Below, in pieces: positions 9,191-17,323 of a stretch of 20,000 nt of DNA. Both the position numbers and the translations under genes were made by a program. Origin of the DNA: an uncultured virus (IMG/VR IMGVR_UViG_3300020578_000012) (Duplodnaviria > Heunggongvirae > Uroviricota > Caudoviricetes); IMG/VR virus record IMGVR_UViG_3300020578_000012; one strand, given 5' to 3'. The notes beneath the pieces were generated by a model. It saw only the letters and a list, made by a program, of their open reading frames with translations, ran no database searches and had not been told where the DNA came from. Numbering within the stretch: the first letter of the stretch is position 1; each line of letters starts with the position of its first letter.

Positions 9191-10897
9191 ATGTCCAAAT
9201 TAGAAGAGTATGTTGTTACTTTAAAAGATAAAAAAGATTTGGATGATTTCTATGATGACATGGAAACTCCTGGCGGAAATCTGTACATACCGAAAAGAAG
9301 AGTTGATGTTGCGAATCGCAGACTAATCAGCAGAAACACACATTATTATTTAACAAAAGAAGAAGCACAAAAAATAAAAAGTGATCCTCGTGTTTTGGAT
9401 GTTGAAATTCCAGTCAAAAATAATCCAGGAATAGGCATTACACCATGCTATAAACAGCATTCTGATTTTTGGAGTAAGAGTAATAAATCAACTACAAATC
9501 CAAATACAGAATATGCTGGCGCACCAGAAGGATTTTCTGGTTTTTTAAATTGGGGATTGTTTCGCTCTTATCTTGGACAACAAGTCGCAGGATGGGGATC
9601 TGATGCCAATGGAGAAATCGGCGGCGAAGTCATTATAAATGCTGAAGGTAATAATGTTGATGTTGTAATCGTAGATGGATATGTGTTGCCAAATCATCCA
9701 GAATTCGCATTAAATTCAGATGGAAGTGGCGGCTCAAGAGTCGTTCAATATAATTGGTTAAGTTTAAATCCATTTGTAAATAATACAAAGGCAGGAAATT
9801 ATGATTACTCAAGTGAAAAAAACGCAGGCAATATAGAGCATGGAAATCATGTTGCTGGTTTAGCCTGCGGAAATACGAATGGCTGGGCAAGAAAAGCAAA
9901 CATTTATAATATTAGCCCTTATGGCAGCGATTCAAATAAGATTGATCCAAACTTATTATTTGATTACATAAGAGAATTTCATAATAGAAAATCAGTTAAT
10001 AATGTAACCAAAAGAAGAAACCCTACAATTGTAAATAACAGTTGGACGCTTACGCACAGATTTTGGGGATTGTCTGAAATTGATTATATTTCTTATAGAG
10101 GCGAAACGATAAGACCACAGGGTGGATGGACATTTAATTTAATGAAACAATATGGATTTGCGCCATTCGGATTGTGTAGTTTGCGCTTATCATCTATAGA
10201 TGCCGATGTTGAAGATGCAATGGAAGATGGTGTGATTATGGTTGGTGCTGCTGGTAATTTTTATGAAACTGCAGCAGCAGAAAATCACCCAGATCATTTA
10301 AACAGATTATATTATAGAAATGGAGAAAGTTTCCGTTACAATGCAGGTGGAACTCCAGCAGCTGCGGGAAATAGTGTTGATGTGGGTGCGATTGACAATG
10401 TTCAAAATGAAAGAAAAGCAGATTTCAGCACTGCTGGAACACGTGTTGATATTTTTGCGCCAGGACAAAGAGTCAATAGTGCTGTCGATAGAGGTTGGCC
10501 AGTGACTGCAAGATCTCCAGGTCCAGGATTCGTAACTGATTTACGAGATCAAAGATATAGACAACAGAAACAATCTGGAACAAGTATGGCTTCTCCGCAA
10601 GTAACTGGAATGCTTGCATGCGTAATGGAAATTTATCCAAGAATGACGCAATCAATGGCGCAAGAATACGTTAAACATTATGCTGGAGTAAATCAACTTT
10701 CTGATTTCGGTACGGCTGATGATTACAGTGGCGGTGGCAAATATTACGGTCTCCGCGGAGCAGCAAATAAATATCTAAAACATCATCAAGAAAGGAAAAG
10801 TGAAGGTGCTGTTTTTCCAAGAACTGACGAATGGTTGAGAGGAAGCTCTGGACCAGTTTATCCAAGAACATTAAAAAGAAAATCATTGCCAAGGTAA
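9191..10897 (+). CDS. Subtilisin-like serine protease (S8) with an N-terminal propeptide-like region
   Basis: ATG at 9191 preferred. Asp VDVVIVDG (9674), His HGNHVAG (9839), oxyanion Asn AAGN, DFSTAG, VDIFAPG, Ser SGTSMASP (10583). No signal peptide. Confidence 0.92.
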   Translation: MSKLEEYVVTLKDKKDLDDFYDDMETPGGNLYIPKRRVDVANRRLISRNTHYYLTKEEAQKIKSDPRVLDVEIPVKNNPGIGITPCYKQHSDFWSKSNKSTTNPNTEYAGAPEGFSGFLNWGLFRSYLGQQVAGWGSDANGEIGGEVIINAEGNNVDVVIVDGYVLPNHPEFALNSDGSGGSRVVQYNWLSLNPFVNNTKAGNYDYSSEKNAGNIEHGNHVAGLACGNTNGWARKANIYNISPYGSDSNKIDPNLLFDYIREFHNRKSVNNVTKRRNPTIVNNSWTLTHRFWGLSEIDYISYRGETIRPQGGWTFNLMKQYGFAPFGLCSLRLSSIDADVEDAMEDGVIMVGAAGNFYETAAAENHPDHLNRLYYRNGESFRYNAGGTPAAAGNSVDVGAIDNVQNERKADFSTAGTRVDIFAPGQRVNSAVDRGWPVTARSPGPGFVTDLRDQRYRQQKQSGTSMASPQVTGMLACVMEIYPRMTQSMAQEYVKHYAGVNQLSDFGTADDYSGGGKYYGLRGAANKYLKHHQERKSEGAVFPRTDEWLRGSSGPVYPRTLKRKSLPR

Positions 10898-10903
10898 AAA
10901 ATA

Positions 10904-13429
10904 ATGCCATTATCATTTCCATGTAATCCATCTATCGATGATACATATGTAACTCCTGGTGGTACTCTGTACACATGGGATGGGGAAAAATGGAATGCTA
11001 CACCACCTACAGGACCACAAGGTCCAAGTGGTGCAACAGGACCAACAGGTCCTTCTGGTCCTGCTGGTGGACCACAAGGTCCAGAAGGTCCTTCGGGTCC
11101 ATCTGGACCATCTGGCGTTACTGGTCCTCAAGGTCCATCGGGTCCTTCTGGAGTTTCAAATGTTGCTGGTCCACAAGGTCCGCAAGGTCCATCGGGTCCG
11201 TATGTAGCAGGTCCTCAGGGACCGCAAGGTCCGAGTGGCGTATCAAATGTTCCTGGTCCGCAAGGTCCAGAAGGTGAAGAAGGACCGCAAGGTCCTCAAG
11301 GTCCTTCGGGTCCTTCTGGCGGTCCGCAAGGTCCATCGGGACCACAAGGTGCAACAGGATCAACAGGACCACAGGGTCCGCAAGGTCCCTCTGGTGCAAT
11401 CGGACCACAAGGTGTCGCTGGACCAACAGGTCCTTCTGGTGGTCCGCAAGGACCATCGGGACCACAAGGTGTGTCTGGTCCATCAGGTCCTTCTGGTCCT
11501 ACTGGAAACACTGGTCCTCAAGGTCCTCAAGGACCATCGGGTCCTGCTGGTGGACCACAAGGTCCACAAGGTCCAAGTGGCGCCCAAGGTCCTGCGGGTA
11601 CAGCAGGTGCAGCAGGTCCTCAAGGTCCACAAGGTGTTGCTGGACCACAAGGTCCTTCTGGCGGTCCTCAAGGTCCTCAAGGTCCTCAAGGACCAACAGG
11701 ATCTACTGGCACAACAGGTTCTACAGGACCGCAGGGACCACAAGGTGCTGCTGGTCCTACTGGTCCATCGGGTGGTCCGCAAGGTCCAACGGGACCGCAA
11801 GGTGTTCTTGGTCCACAGGGTCCACAAGGTGCTTCGGGCGCATCGGGTCCATCAGGATCAAAAGGTGCGAAAGGTCCTACAGGTCCTCAAGGTCCTCAAG
11901 GTCCATCGGGACCATCTGGTGCAACAGGCACCACTGGAACAACAGGTCCAACAGGTCCAACAGGTTCGCAAGGTTTAACTGGTGTTACTGGCGCAACAGG
12001 ACCACAAGGTCCACAAGGTGCTGCTGGTCCTACTGGTCCATCGGGTGGTCCGCAAGGTCCAACAGGTCCTTCTGGTCCTGCTGGTGGACCACAAGGTCCA
12101 CAAGGTCCTTCGGGTCCATCTGGTCCTTCAGGAGCACAAGGTTCAACGGGATCAACGGGATCAACGGGATCAACAGGACCACAAGGACCACAAGGTGTCA
12201 CTGGTGCAACTGGACCACAAGGTCCAACAGGATCAACAGGACCACAGGGTCCACAAGGTCCGCAAGGTGCAACTGGTTCAACTGGTCCTCAAGGACCACA
12301 AGGTCCTCAAGGTGCAACGGGTGATACAGGTCCTCAGGGACCACAAGGTGTTGTTGGACCGCAAGGTCCTCAAGGTCCTCAAGGCGAAACTGGTCCTCAA
12401 GGTCCACAAGGATCAACAGGATCTACTGGTGCAACTGGACCACAAGGTCCAACAGGATCAACAGGACCACAGGGTCCACAAGGTCCATCTGGACCATTTG
12501 TCGCTGGTCCTCAAGGACCACAAGGACCATCGGGTCCTTCTGGTGGACCACAAGGTCCACAGGGTCCTGCGGGTTCAACAGGTTCTCAAGGTTCTCAAGG
12601 TGCACAAGGTGATCCTGGTGCTACAGGTGCACAAGGCGCAACAGGACCACAAGGTCCTCAAGGTCCATCAGGTCCTGAATCTTTCAAATATAGAGGTGGC
12701 GATTATTCTGACTACACCAATGCAAACACCAAATATCAAGCATTAACTTCAAATGGTTGGTATCAAGTAATTGGATCTGGTGATTCAAGAAGCGTATTGG
12801 TATTTGATCCAGATTTAAGTTCTGTTGGACCAGTGCAATTAGAATTTGCGTATCAAGGTTTTATTAGATATCGAAATAAAACTGACAGATTAACATGGAC
12901 AAATTTTAAAACTTTGATTTCCAACACTGGTAACCAGACTATCGAAGGTGATTTAACGATAACTGGAGCATTGTCAAAGGGATCTGGTTCATTTAGAATT
13001 GAACATCCTCTTGCTGAAAAATCCAACTCGCATTATCTTGTGCATTCTTTCGTTGAAAGTCCATGGGCAGATTCGATTTACAGCGGCAAAGTTCAACTTG
13101 TAAATGGTGTTGCAACAATTAATATTGATAATCATTTTGGTATGACACAAGGAACTTTTGTTGCACTCTGTAGAGAAGTTCGCTGCTTTACAAGTAATGA
13201 AACATCATGGGATGCAGTTCGCGGAAAAGTCACTGGAAATATTCTAACAATTGAATGTCAAAATGTTACATCTGATGCAGAAGTTTCTTGGTTAATCATT
13301 GGCGAACGTAAAGATAAACATATGTATGATACGCTCTGGACAGATGAGAATGGCAGAGTTATCATTGAACCAGAAAAAAGTAGCATTGCGAATGATGAAT
13401 ATACAGGTCCACAAGGTCCACGAAGTTAA
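10904..13429 (+). CDS. Long collagen-like tail fibre with knob-like and C-terminal fibre domains
   Basis: N-terminal [11 protein letters not shown]...YTWDGEKW motif; about 556 aa of Gly-X-Y; knob-like segment NGWY...[13 protein letters not shown]...[18 protein letters not shown]...[10 protein letters not shown]-terminal domain, a type I recall from phage fibres. Confidence 0.8.
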   Translation: MPLSFPCNPSIDDTYVTPGGTLYTWDGEKWNATPPTGPQGPSGATGPTGPSGPAGGPQGPEGPSGPSGPSGVTGPQGPSGPSGVSNVAGPQGPQGPSGPYVAGPQGPQGPSGVSNVPGPQGPEGEEGPQGPQGPSGPSGGPQGPSGPQGATGSTGPQGPQGPSGAIGPQGVAGPTGPSGGPQGPSGPQGVSGPSGPSGPTGNTGPQGPQGPSGPAGGPQGPQGPSGAQGPAGTAGAAGPQGPQGVAGPQGPSGGPQGPQGPQGPTGSTGTTGSTGPQGPQGAAGPTGPSGGPQGPTGPQGVLGPQGPQGASGASGPSGSKGAKGPTGPQGPQGPSGPSGATGTTGTTGPTGPTGSQGLTGVTGATGPQGPQGAAGPTGPSGGPQGPTGPSGPAGGPQGPQGPSGPSGPSGAQGSTGSTGSTGSTGPQGPQGVTGATGPQGPTGSTGPQGPQGPQGATGSTGPQGPQGPQGATGDTGPQGPQGVVGPQGPQGPQGETGPQGPQGSTGSTGATGPQGPTGSTGPQGPQGPSGPFVAGPQGPQGPSGPSGGPQGPQGPAGSTGSQGSQGAQGDPGATGAQGATGPQGPQGPSGPESFKYRGGDYSDYTNANTKYQALTSNGWYQVIGSGDSRSVLVFDPDLSSVGPVQLEFAYQGFIRYRNKTDRLTWTNFKTLISNTGNQTIEGDLTITGALSKGSGSFRIEHPLAEKSNSHYLVHSFVESPWADSIYSGKVQLVNGVATINIDNHFGMTQGTFVALCREVRCFTSNETSWDAVRGKVTGNILTIECQNVTSDAEVSWLIIGERKDKHMYDTLWTDENGRVIIEPEKSSIANDEYTGPQGPRS
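11012..12679 (+). repeat. 9-bp-periodic collagen-coding repeat tract with exact internal duplications
   Basis: ggWccNcaa-type units. Exact 53-bp duplicate at 11738-11790 and 12011-12063; exact 62-bp duplicate at 12200-12261 and 12425-12486; (tcaacggga)x3 at 12143-12169. Confidence 0.95.
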
Positions 13430-13450
13430 TAAAATTAAATGAGAAAATAA

Positions 13451-14149
13451 ATGCCAGCATGTAAAAGTGTAACAGAATTAATTACAACAAACTTTGGTGG
13501 ACCGCAAGGTCCAACAGGTCCATCAGGTCCAAAAGGTAGTGGACCACAAGGTCCTCAAGGTCCAAGTGGTGCATCTGGCGCAACAGGCACTGCTGGTGTT
13601 GCAGGACCAACAGGTCCACAAGGTCCCTCTGGTCCTTCTGGTGGTCCATCTGGTCCAACTGGTCCATCAGTGACTTATGACATCAGTGTTCTTGCAACAA
13701 CGCCAACTAATGTTGGATCAATGCTAAGATTGAAGGGAACAAATGGTGTTCTTGATGATGTTACTTTTGCCGCAAATGTAAAAGTCGACAACATTGAAGT
13801 GACAAGAACGAACGCTGATAGAATGACGTTCAAGTATAAAGAAGTTGTTGTGAACAAAGGAAATGTAAATGGTTCAGTGAACTTCAATAGAAACGATGGC
13901 GCAATTCAAATCATCACAGTCACTGGTGCAACAACAATTAATTTACCACAGAATATGGTTGCTGGACAAAGCATGACGATTATTGTCAAACAAAATTCTG
14001 TTGGAACTCATAAAATTACACCAGCAAATGGATATAAGTTTGCGCAAGGATTTAAATTTTTCTCTGGTACATCTAACGCAATTGACATGATGAACATATT
14101 TTATGATGGTACGATTTATTATGTTACACTTACTGTAAATTACGGATAA
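13451..14149 (+). CDS. Short collagen-like fibre protein with a C-terminal beta domain
   Basis: About 55 aa of Gly-X-Y; C-terminus GAIQIITVTG...AGQSMTIIVKQ...AIDMMNIFYDGTIYY resembles phage fibre-end modules. Confidence 0.7.
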   Translation: MPACKSVTELITTNFGGPQGPTGPSGPKGSGPQGPQGPSGASGATGTAGVAGPTGPQGPSGPSGGPSGPTGPSVTYDISVLATTPTNVGSMLRLKGTNGVLDDVTFAANVKVDNIEVTRTNADRMTFKYKEVVVNKGNVNGSVNFNRNDGAIQIITVTGATTINLPQNMVAGQSMTIIVKQNSVGTHKITPANGYKFAQGFKFFSGTSNAIDMMNIFYDGTIYYVTLTVNYG

Positions 14150-14155
14150 AATATA

Positions 14156-16216
14156 ATGCCTAATTTTGGTGGATCAAGACCTGGTTATTGGTTCAAACGA
14201 CCACCACGCACAAAAACTGGAAAGGTTTTGATCGTGCGCGAAGAGGTTGGCAGTACTTTATATCGCCCTGGAGGAACAACAGAATCTGCTGGTTATGCTA
14301 ATGAAAGAAATGCATATTTGTTTGCATATGAAGGTCGACCAAATACCTACTGGGAATATGCATTTAAGAATTTAAGGAAAAATAGAACAAGAGCTGTAAA
14401 CTATGGAAATCCAGATACTAATGCACCACCAAGATTTGCAACTAATCCTGAAAAAAAATTTTTTGCTTGGCCAAGACAATATCAAGACGCTGTTGTAACT
14501 GAGACAGGAACAAAAATAGAATTTACTAGTCGACCTTGGGATGAAATATATGCTAAATTATCTGCACTAGCAGATGATCCATCACCATTTATGACTAGTA
14601 GAGAAAGTTTTTCTCATTTAAGAAAAAGTCCATCGAATATTAAAAAAAACGATGGGTCTGAGCTCGAGCAGCAGGTTCATAGAATTTTAGACTTAGATCC
14701 TAATTATGGAAATCTCCCACAATATTATGGTACATATTATACGGATGGACAAAATTACAGACCACAATGTCAAATTACCACTTCCGATAGAACAACCGCA
14801 CAACTAAAATATAAACATCCATATGTTTTTGAGGAGTCTCGATATGATACTGTTGGTGGTCTTCACAGAAATAGTGTTGATTTTGGAGTCTATATGGATC
14901 AATCTGCTGGTGATAGATACGCAGATATAACAACAATGAAAGAAATTGCCTACTTCTTAAAAAAAGGAGAGGAACAACTTGGATTTCAAGTCACGATTGT
15001 AAATTCTTATGCTGAACTTTATGCAAATTATACTGCATCAGATTTAGAACAATTTGATCACATATGGGATATTGTGCATGGTGGATTAATTAACTTTAGA
15101 GATTTAGGAGTTGGTCACGCATCTCCTGTTGTAATTCAAAAAGAACGACTAGTGTTTGACATGGGTGCATCAACAGGTATCACATATCCAGTTGGGAGCG
15201 TGTACGGTAAAGATGGTTATGTAAACTGGTTTAATGATCCTAAGAATGATAACTTAGAAGTACCACTACCACCTGGTGGAGCTGTACAAGGAGCATTTAA
15301 AGATCATCCATTTGTAAAAGCACAGAGACCACTTACGGCAATAATCCCACTTGAAATTAAAGCACTATATAAAAGTTATTTGCAATCAGGTGGCAACATC
15401 GGATTTGTAAATTCTCCCGTTACAACTAACTGGACCTATCCAAATATACATCCTGGATTGGGTCGTAGAAGAATAATCGGTATTAATGACTTTTTAATGG
15501 AACTTGGTGGCGGTGACATAGAAAGATTCCCTGCACCTTGGCACATGAATAAAAGGGATCGTGATCCTGGAGGTGGACTGGACGAGATTTTTGGTGGTGC
15601 TTTTGGTGGTTCTGGAATATGGTCTCCATCCGAATGGACAGGCAACATACCTGCACGAGAAAGAAAAACTATTGGAACATTTTTAAATACTAAAAATTTC
15701 CCTGCACCAAAGTGGTATTTAAATTCTGAATTTTTTATCGATAACAGTAAAAGAGAAGTAGATTTACAGAGCGTTTCATCTTGGAAAACTGATAAAAATG
15801 GTAAATTAAATCTTGGAACTGGCACTCCTGTGATTGTTGGTGCAAGCGAACAAACAGATGAGATTATCACATCATTAAATGCTAAAAACTTTAACTATTG
15901 TTGCGCTGCTATATGGAAAAGAGGCTCATTATCGGAAGCGCAAGAAGGTTCTGTATTCGTGATAAATAATCTTCATTGGGTTATTGATGTCGACTTAAAA
16001 TATGACACTGATTACAATAGTCTTTGGACTAAGACACAAAAAGATCCATTGGTCCAATCTTATAAAGAAAATGGTCGCACTAAAGAATATCAATGGGTTC
16101 AAGACGCTGAGAAAAAAATTGTGGACCCACTATATCGTAAATTTGCTGTTTGGGGTTCGCGAAAAAGAGATGAAGAGAACTTTTTAAATATACTTCAAAT
16201 TTTTGATCAAAGTTAG
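14156..16216 (+). CDS. Large hypothetical protein (686 aa), possibly with a degenerate GATase-like domain
   Basis: Long clean ORF in the operon. LGFQVTIV, DLEQFDHIWDI and YKSYLQSGGNIGFV recall class I GATase-like folds (weak). Confidence 0.7.
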   Translation: MPNFGGSRPGYWFKRPPRTKTGKVLIVREEVGSTLYRPGGTTESAGYANERNAYLFAYEGRPNTYWEYAFKNLRKNRTRAVNYGNPDTNAPPRFATNPEKKFFAWPRQYQDAVVTETGTKIEFTSRPWDEIYAKLSALADDPSPFMTSRESFSHLRKSPSNIKKNDGSELEQQVHRILDLDPNYGNLPQYYGTYYTDGQNYRPQCQITTSDRTTAQLKYKHPYVFEESRYDTVGGLHRNSVDFGVYMDQSAGDRYADITTMKEIAYFLKKGEEQLGFQVTIVNSYAELYANYTASDLEQFDHIWDIVHGGLINFRDLGVGHASPVVIQKERLVFDMGASTGITYPVGSVYGKDGYVNWFNDPKNDNLEVPLPPGGAVQGAFKDHPFVKAQRPLTAIIPLEIKALYKSYLQSGGNIGFVNSPVTTNWTYPNIHPGLGRRRIIGINDFLMELGGGDIERFPAPWHMNKRDRDPGGGLDEIFGGAFGGSGIWSPSEWTGNIPARERKTIGTFLNTKNFPAPKWYLNSEFFIDNSKREVDLQSVSSWKTDKNGKLNLGTGTPVIVGASEQTDEIITSLNAKNFNYCCAAIWKRGSLSEAQEGSVFVINNLHWVIDVDLKYDTDYNSLWTKTQKDPLVQSYKENGRTKEYQWVQDAEKKIVDPLYRKFAVWGSRKRDEENFLNILQIFDQS

Positions 16217-16225
16217 AGATAAACT

Positions 16226-17119
16226 ATGCCAACAAATATTTCAGATATTTTATCAACAAAAGCGCCAGCAGGTCCTCAAGGTCCTTCAGGTCCAACACAA
16301 GGTTTGATTTTTAAATATGATCAATCTTCAATAGCAGCAACAACACCATCTGTAGGATCTTTTAAATTAAACAACACAGATTTGTCGCAAGCAAATCAAA
16401 TGTTTGTTAATTTTGTTGATTCATATCTTGTTGATCGACAGAGTTATTTTAGTTTTTTATCTAACTCAAACTCAATGATCACAATTACAATGGCGCAGCA
16501 AAATTCAATTGCTAATGTTGTTTATATGAACGCTAATTCATATTTACTTGTTGATGAGTCTGTTGCAAATCCTGGTATTTTATATGCAAATATAAATGTA
16601 TCATTTATTTCAGGTGTTACAGAATTCACTAACGATGCTGATATTGCGCTTACATTTTCAGTTTCTACGCCAGGAGTTGCTGGTCCAACAGGACCATCAG
16701 GTCCCGCTGGTGGTGGCACAGGTCCACAAGGTCCTCAAGGACCAATAGGTCCAGAAGGTCCTAGTGGTCCAACAGATTTTACTGGTTTGTGGGCTGATGC
16801 GCCAGCTTCAAATGTAGCCTCAGGAACTGCTGGAACATTGTCATATGGCGCAAGTGGTGAATTGTATCTTTGTTTAAACAGTGGAATATGGTTTAAATTT
16901 GTTGGTAACAATCAATTCAGATATCCGATCGGAAACATACTATCAGTAGTTGATGCAGATGATCTAACATCAATTGAAAGCGACACAAATACAATTGACA
17001 AGGTCAAAGGATTACTTGTATTCAATGAAGATGACAACAAAGTTTATGTTTCATCAGGAAGTGATGCTGTTAGCGCATGGTATACTGTTGATGGATCTGC
17101 ATCAATCACACCAGCATAA
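16226..17119 (+). CDS. Fibre-associated protein with short collagen tracts
   Basis: Two Gly-X-Y tracts; APASNVASGTAG...LYLCLNSGIW motif; C-terminal GLLVFNEDDNKVYVSSG...W module. Confidence 0.7.
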   Translation: MPTNISDILSTKAPAGPQGPSGPTQGLIFKYDQSSIAATTPSVGSFKLNNTDLSQANQMFVNFVDSYLVDRQSYFSFLSNSNSMITITMAQQNSIANVVYMNANSYLLVDESVANPGILYANINVSFISGVTEFTNDADIALTFSVSTPGVAGPTGPSGPAGGGTGPQGPQGPIGPEGPSGPTDFTGLWADAPASNVASGTAGTLSYGASGELYLCLNSGIWFKFVGNNQFRYPIGNILSVVDADDLTSIESDTNTIDKVKGLLVFNEDDNKVYVSSGSDAVSAWYTVDGSASITPA

Positions 17120-17120
17120 G

Positions 17121-17180
17121 TTGACTGCAAGTGAAGTGCTTCAGAATTATGATGCAACAAAAGCAACATTTGGATACTAA
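17121..17180 (+). pseudogene. Relic 3' end of a LamG/ConA-like domain gene
   Basis: Reads LTASEVLQNYDATKATFGY*, matching the typical C-terminal signature of phage LamG-domain proteins (L-T/S-x-x-E-V/I-x-Q-N-Y-x-A-x-K/R-x-x-F/Y-G). It begins 1 nt after the preceding stop. Confidence 0.6.
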
Positions 17181-17189
17181 TGAAATCTC

Positions 17190-17218
17190 TTGAAGAAAAA
17201 AGCCGTTTCGGTTATAAT
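17190..17218 (+). promoter_or_regulatory. Sigma70-like promoter (TTGAAG-N17-TATAAT)
   Basis: -35 at 17190-17195 (4/6 match), 17-bp spacer, perfect -10 at 17213-17218, intergenic. Confidence 0.5.
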
Positions 17219-17240
17219 GCGCCTGAAAACCGTCGTTTTT

Positions 17241-17248
17241 ACTAAATA
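17241..17248 (+). promoter_or_regulatory. Putative T4-type late promoter (ACTAAATA)
   Basis: Identical to the 8-mer at 6443; intergenic, upstream of the secreted-protein genes. Confidence 0.6.
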
Positions 17249-17280
17249 AAGGCATTCCTAAAGCATTAAAATTTATCATT

Positions 17281-17320
17281 ATCCTTGTTGATTGTTTCGT
17301 TATGGTAACAATCAGAGGGT
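17281..17320 (+). promoter_or_regulatory. 5' UTR hairpin that can occlude the RBS
   Basis: Perfect 8-bp stem TGATTGTT (17289-17296) with AACAATCA (17307-17314); extendable by ATCCT (17281-17285) pairing with AGGGT (17316-17320), which is the RBS of the gene at 17324. Confidence 0.55.
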
Positions 17321-17323
17321 ACA

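Noticed and set aside
11012..12679. CRISPR array or DGR template/variable repeat pair
   Set aside because: Repeats are codon-periodic with no unique spacers; duplicates are exact rather than differing at adenines; no cas or reverse transcriptase gene in the window.
10913..12746. Many alternative-frame and antisense ORFs over the collagen tracts (also 7318-8249 and 13482-13667)
   Set aside because: Shadow ORFs: Gly-Pro-X codon repeats lack stops in other frames, and the products (VLKVHK, DLEDL, PCGP) are repeat artefacts.
6970..16770. Extreme density of GGWCC sites as a DNA-level signal
   Set aside because: Gly-Pro always encodes GGNCC, and AT bias favours GGT/GGA; no extra explanation is needed.
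16974..17120. Full 68-aa ORF 16974-17180 as a gene
   Set aside because: Its first 49 codons overlap the 16226 gene out of frame and look non-protein-like; only the last 19 codons carry a recognisable motif.
17195..17240. Intrinsic terminator
   Set aside because: Only a 3-bp GC core (CCG-TTT-CGG) or a heavily bulged longer pairing; too weak to call.
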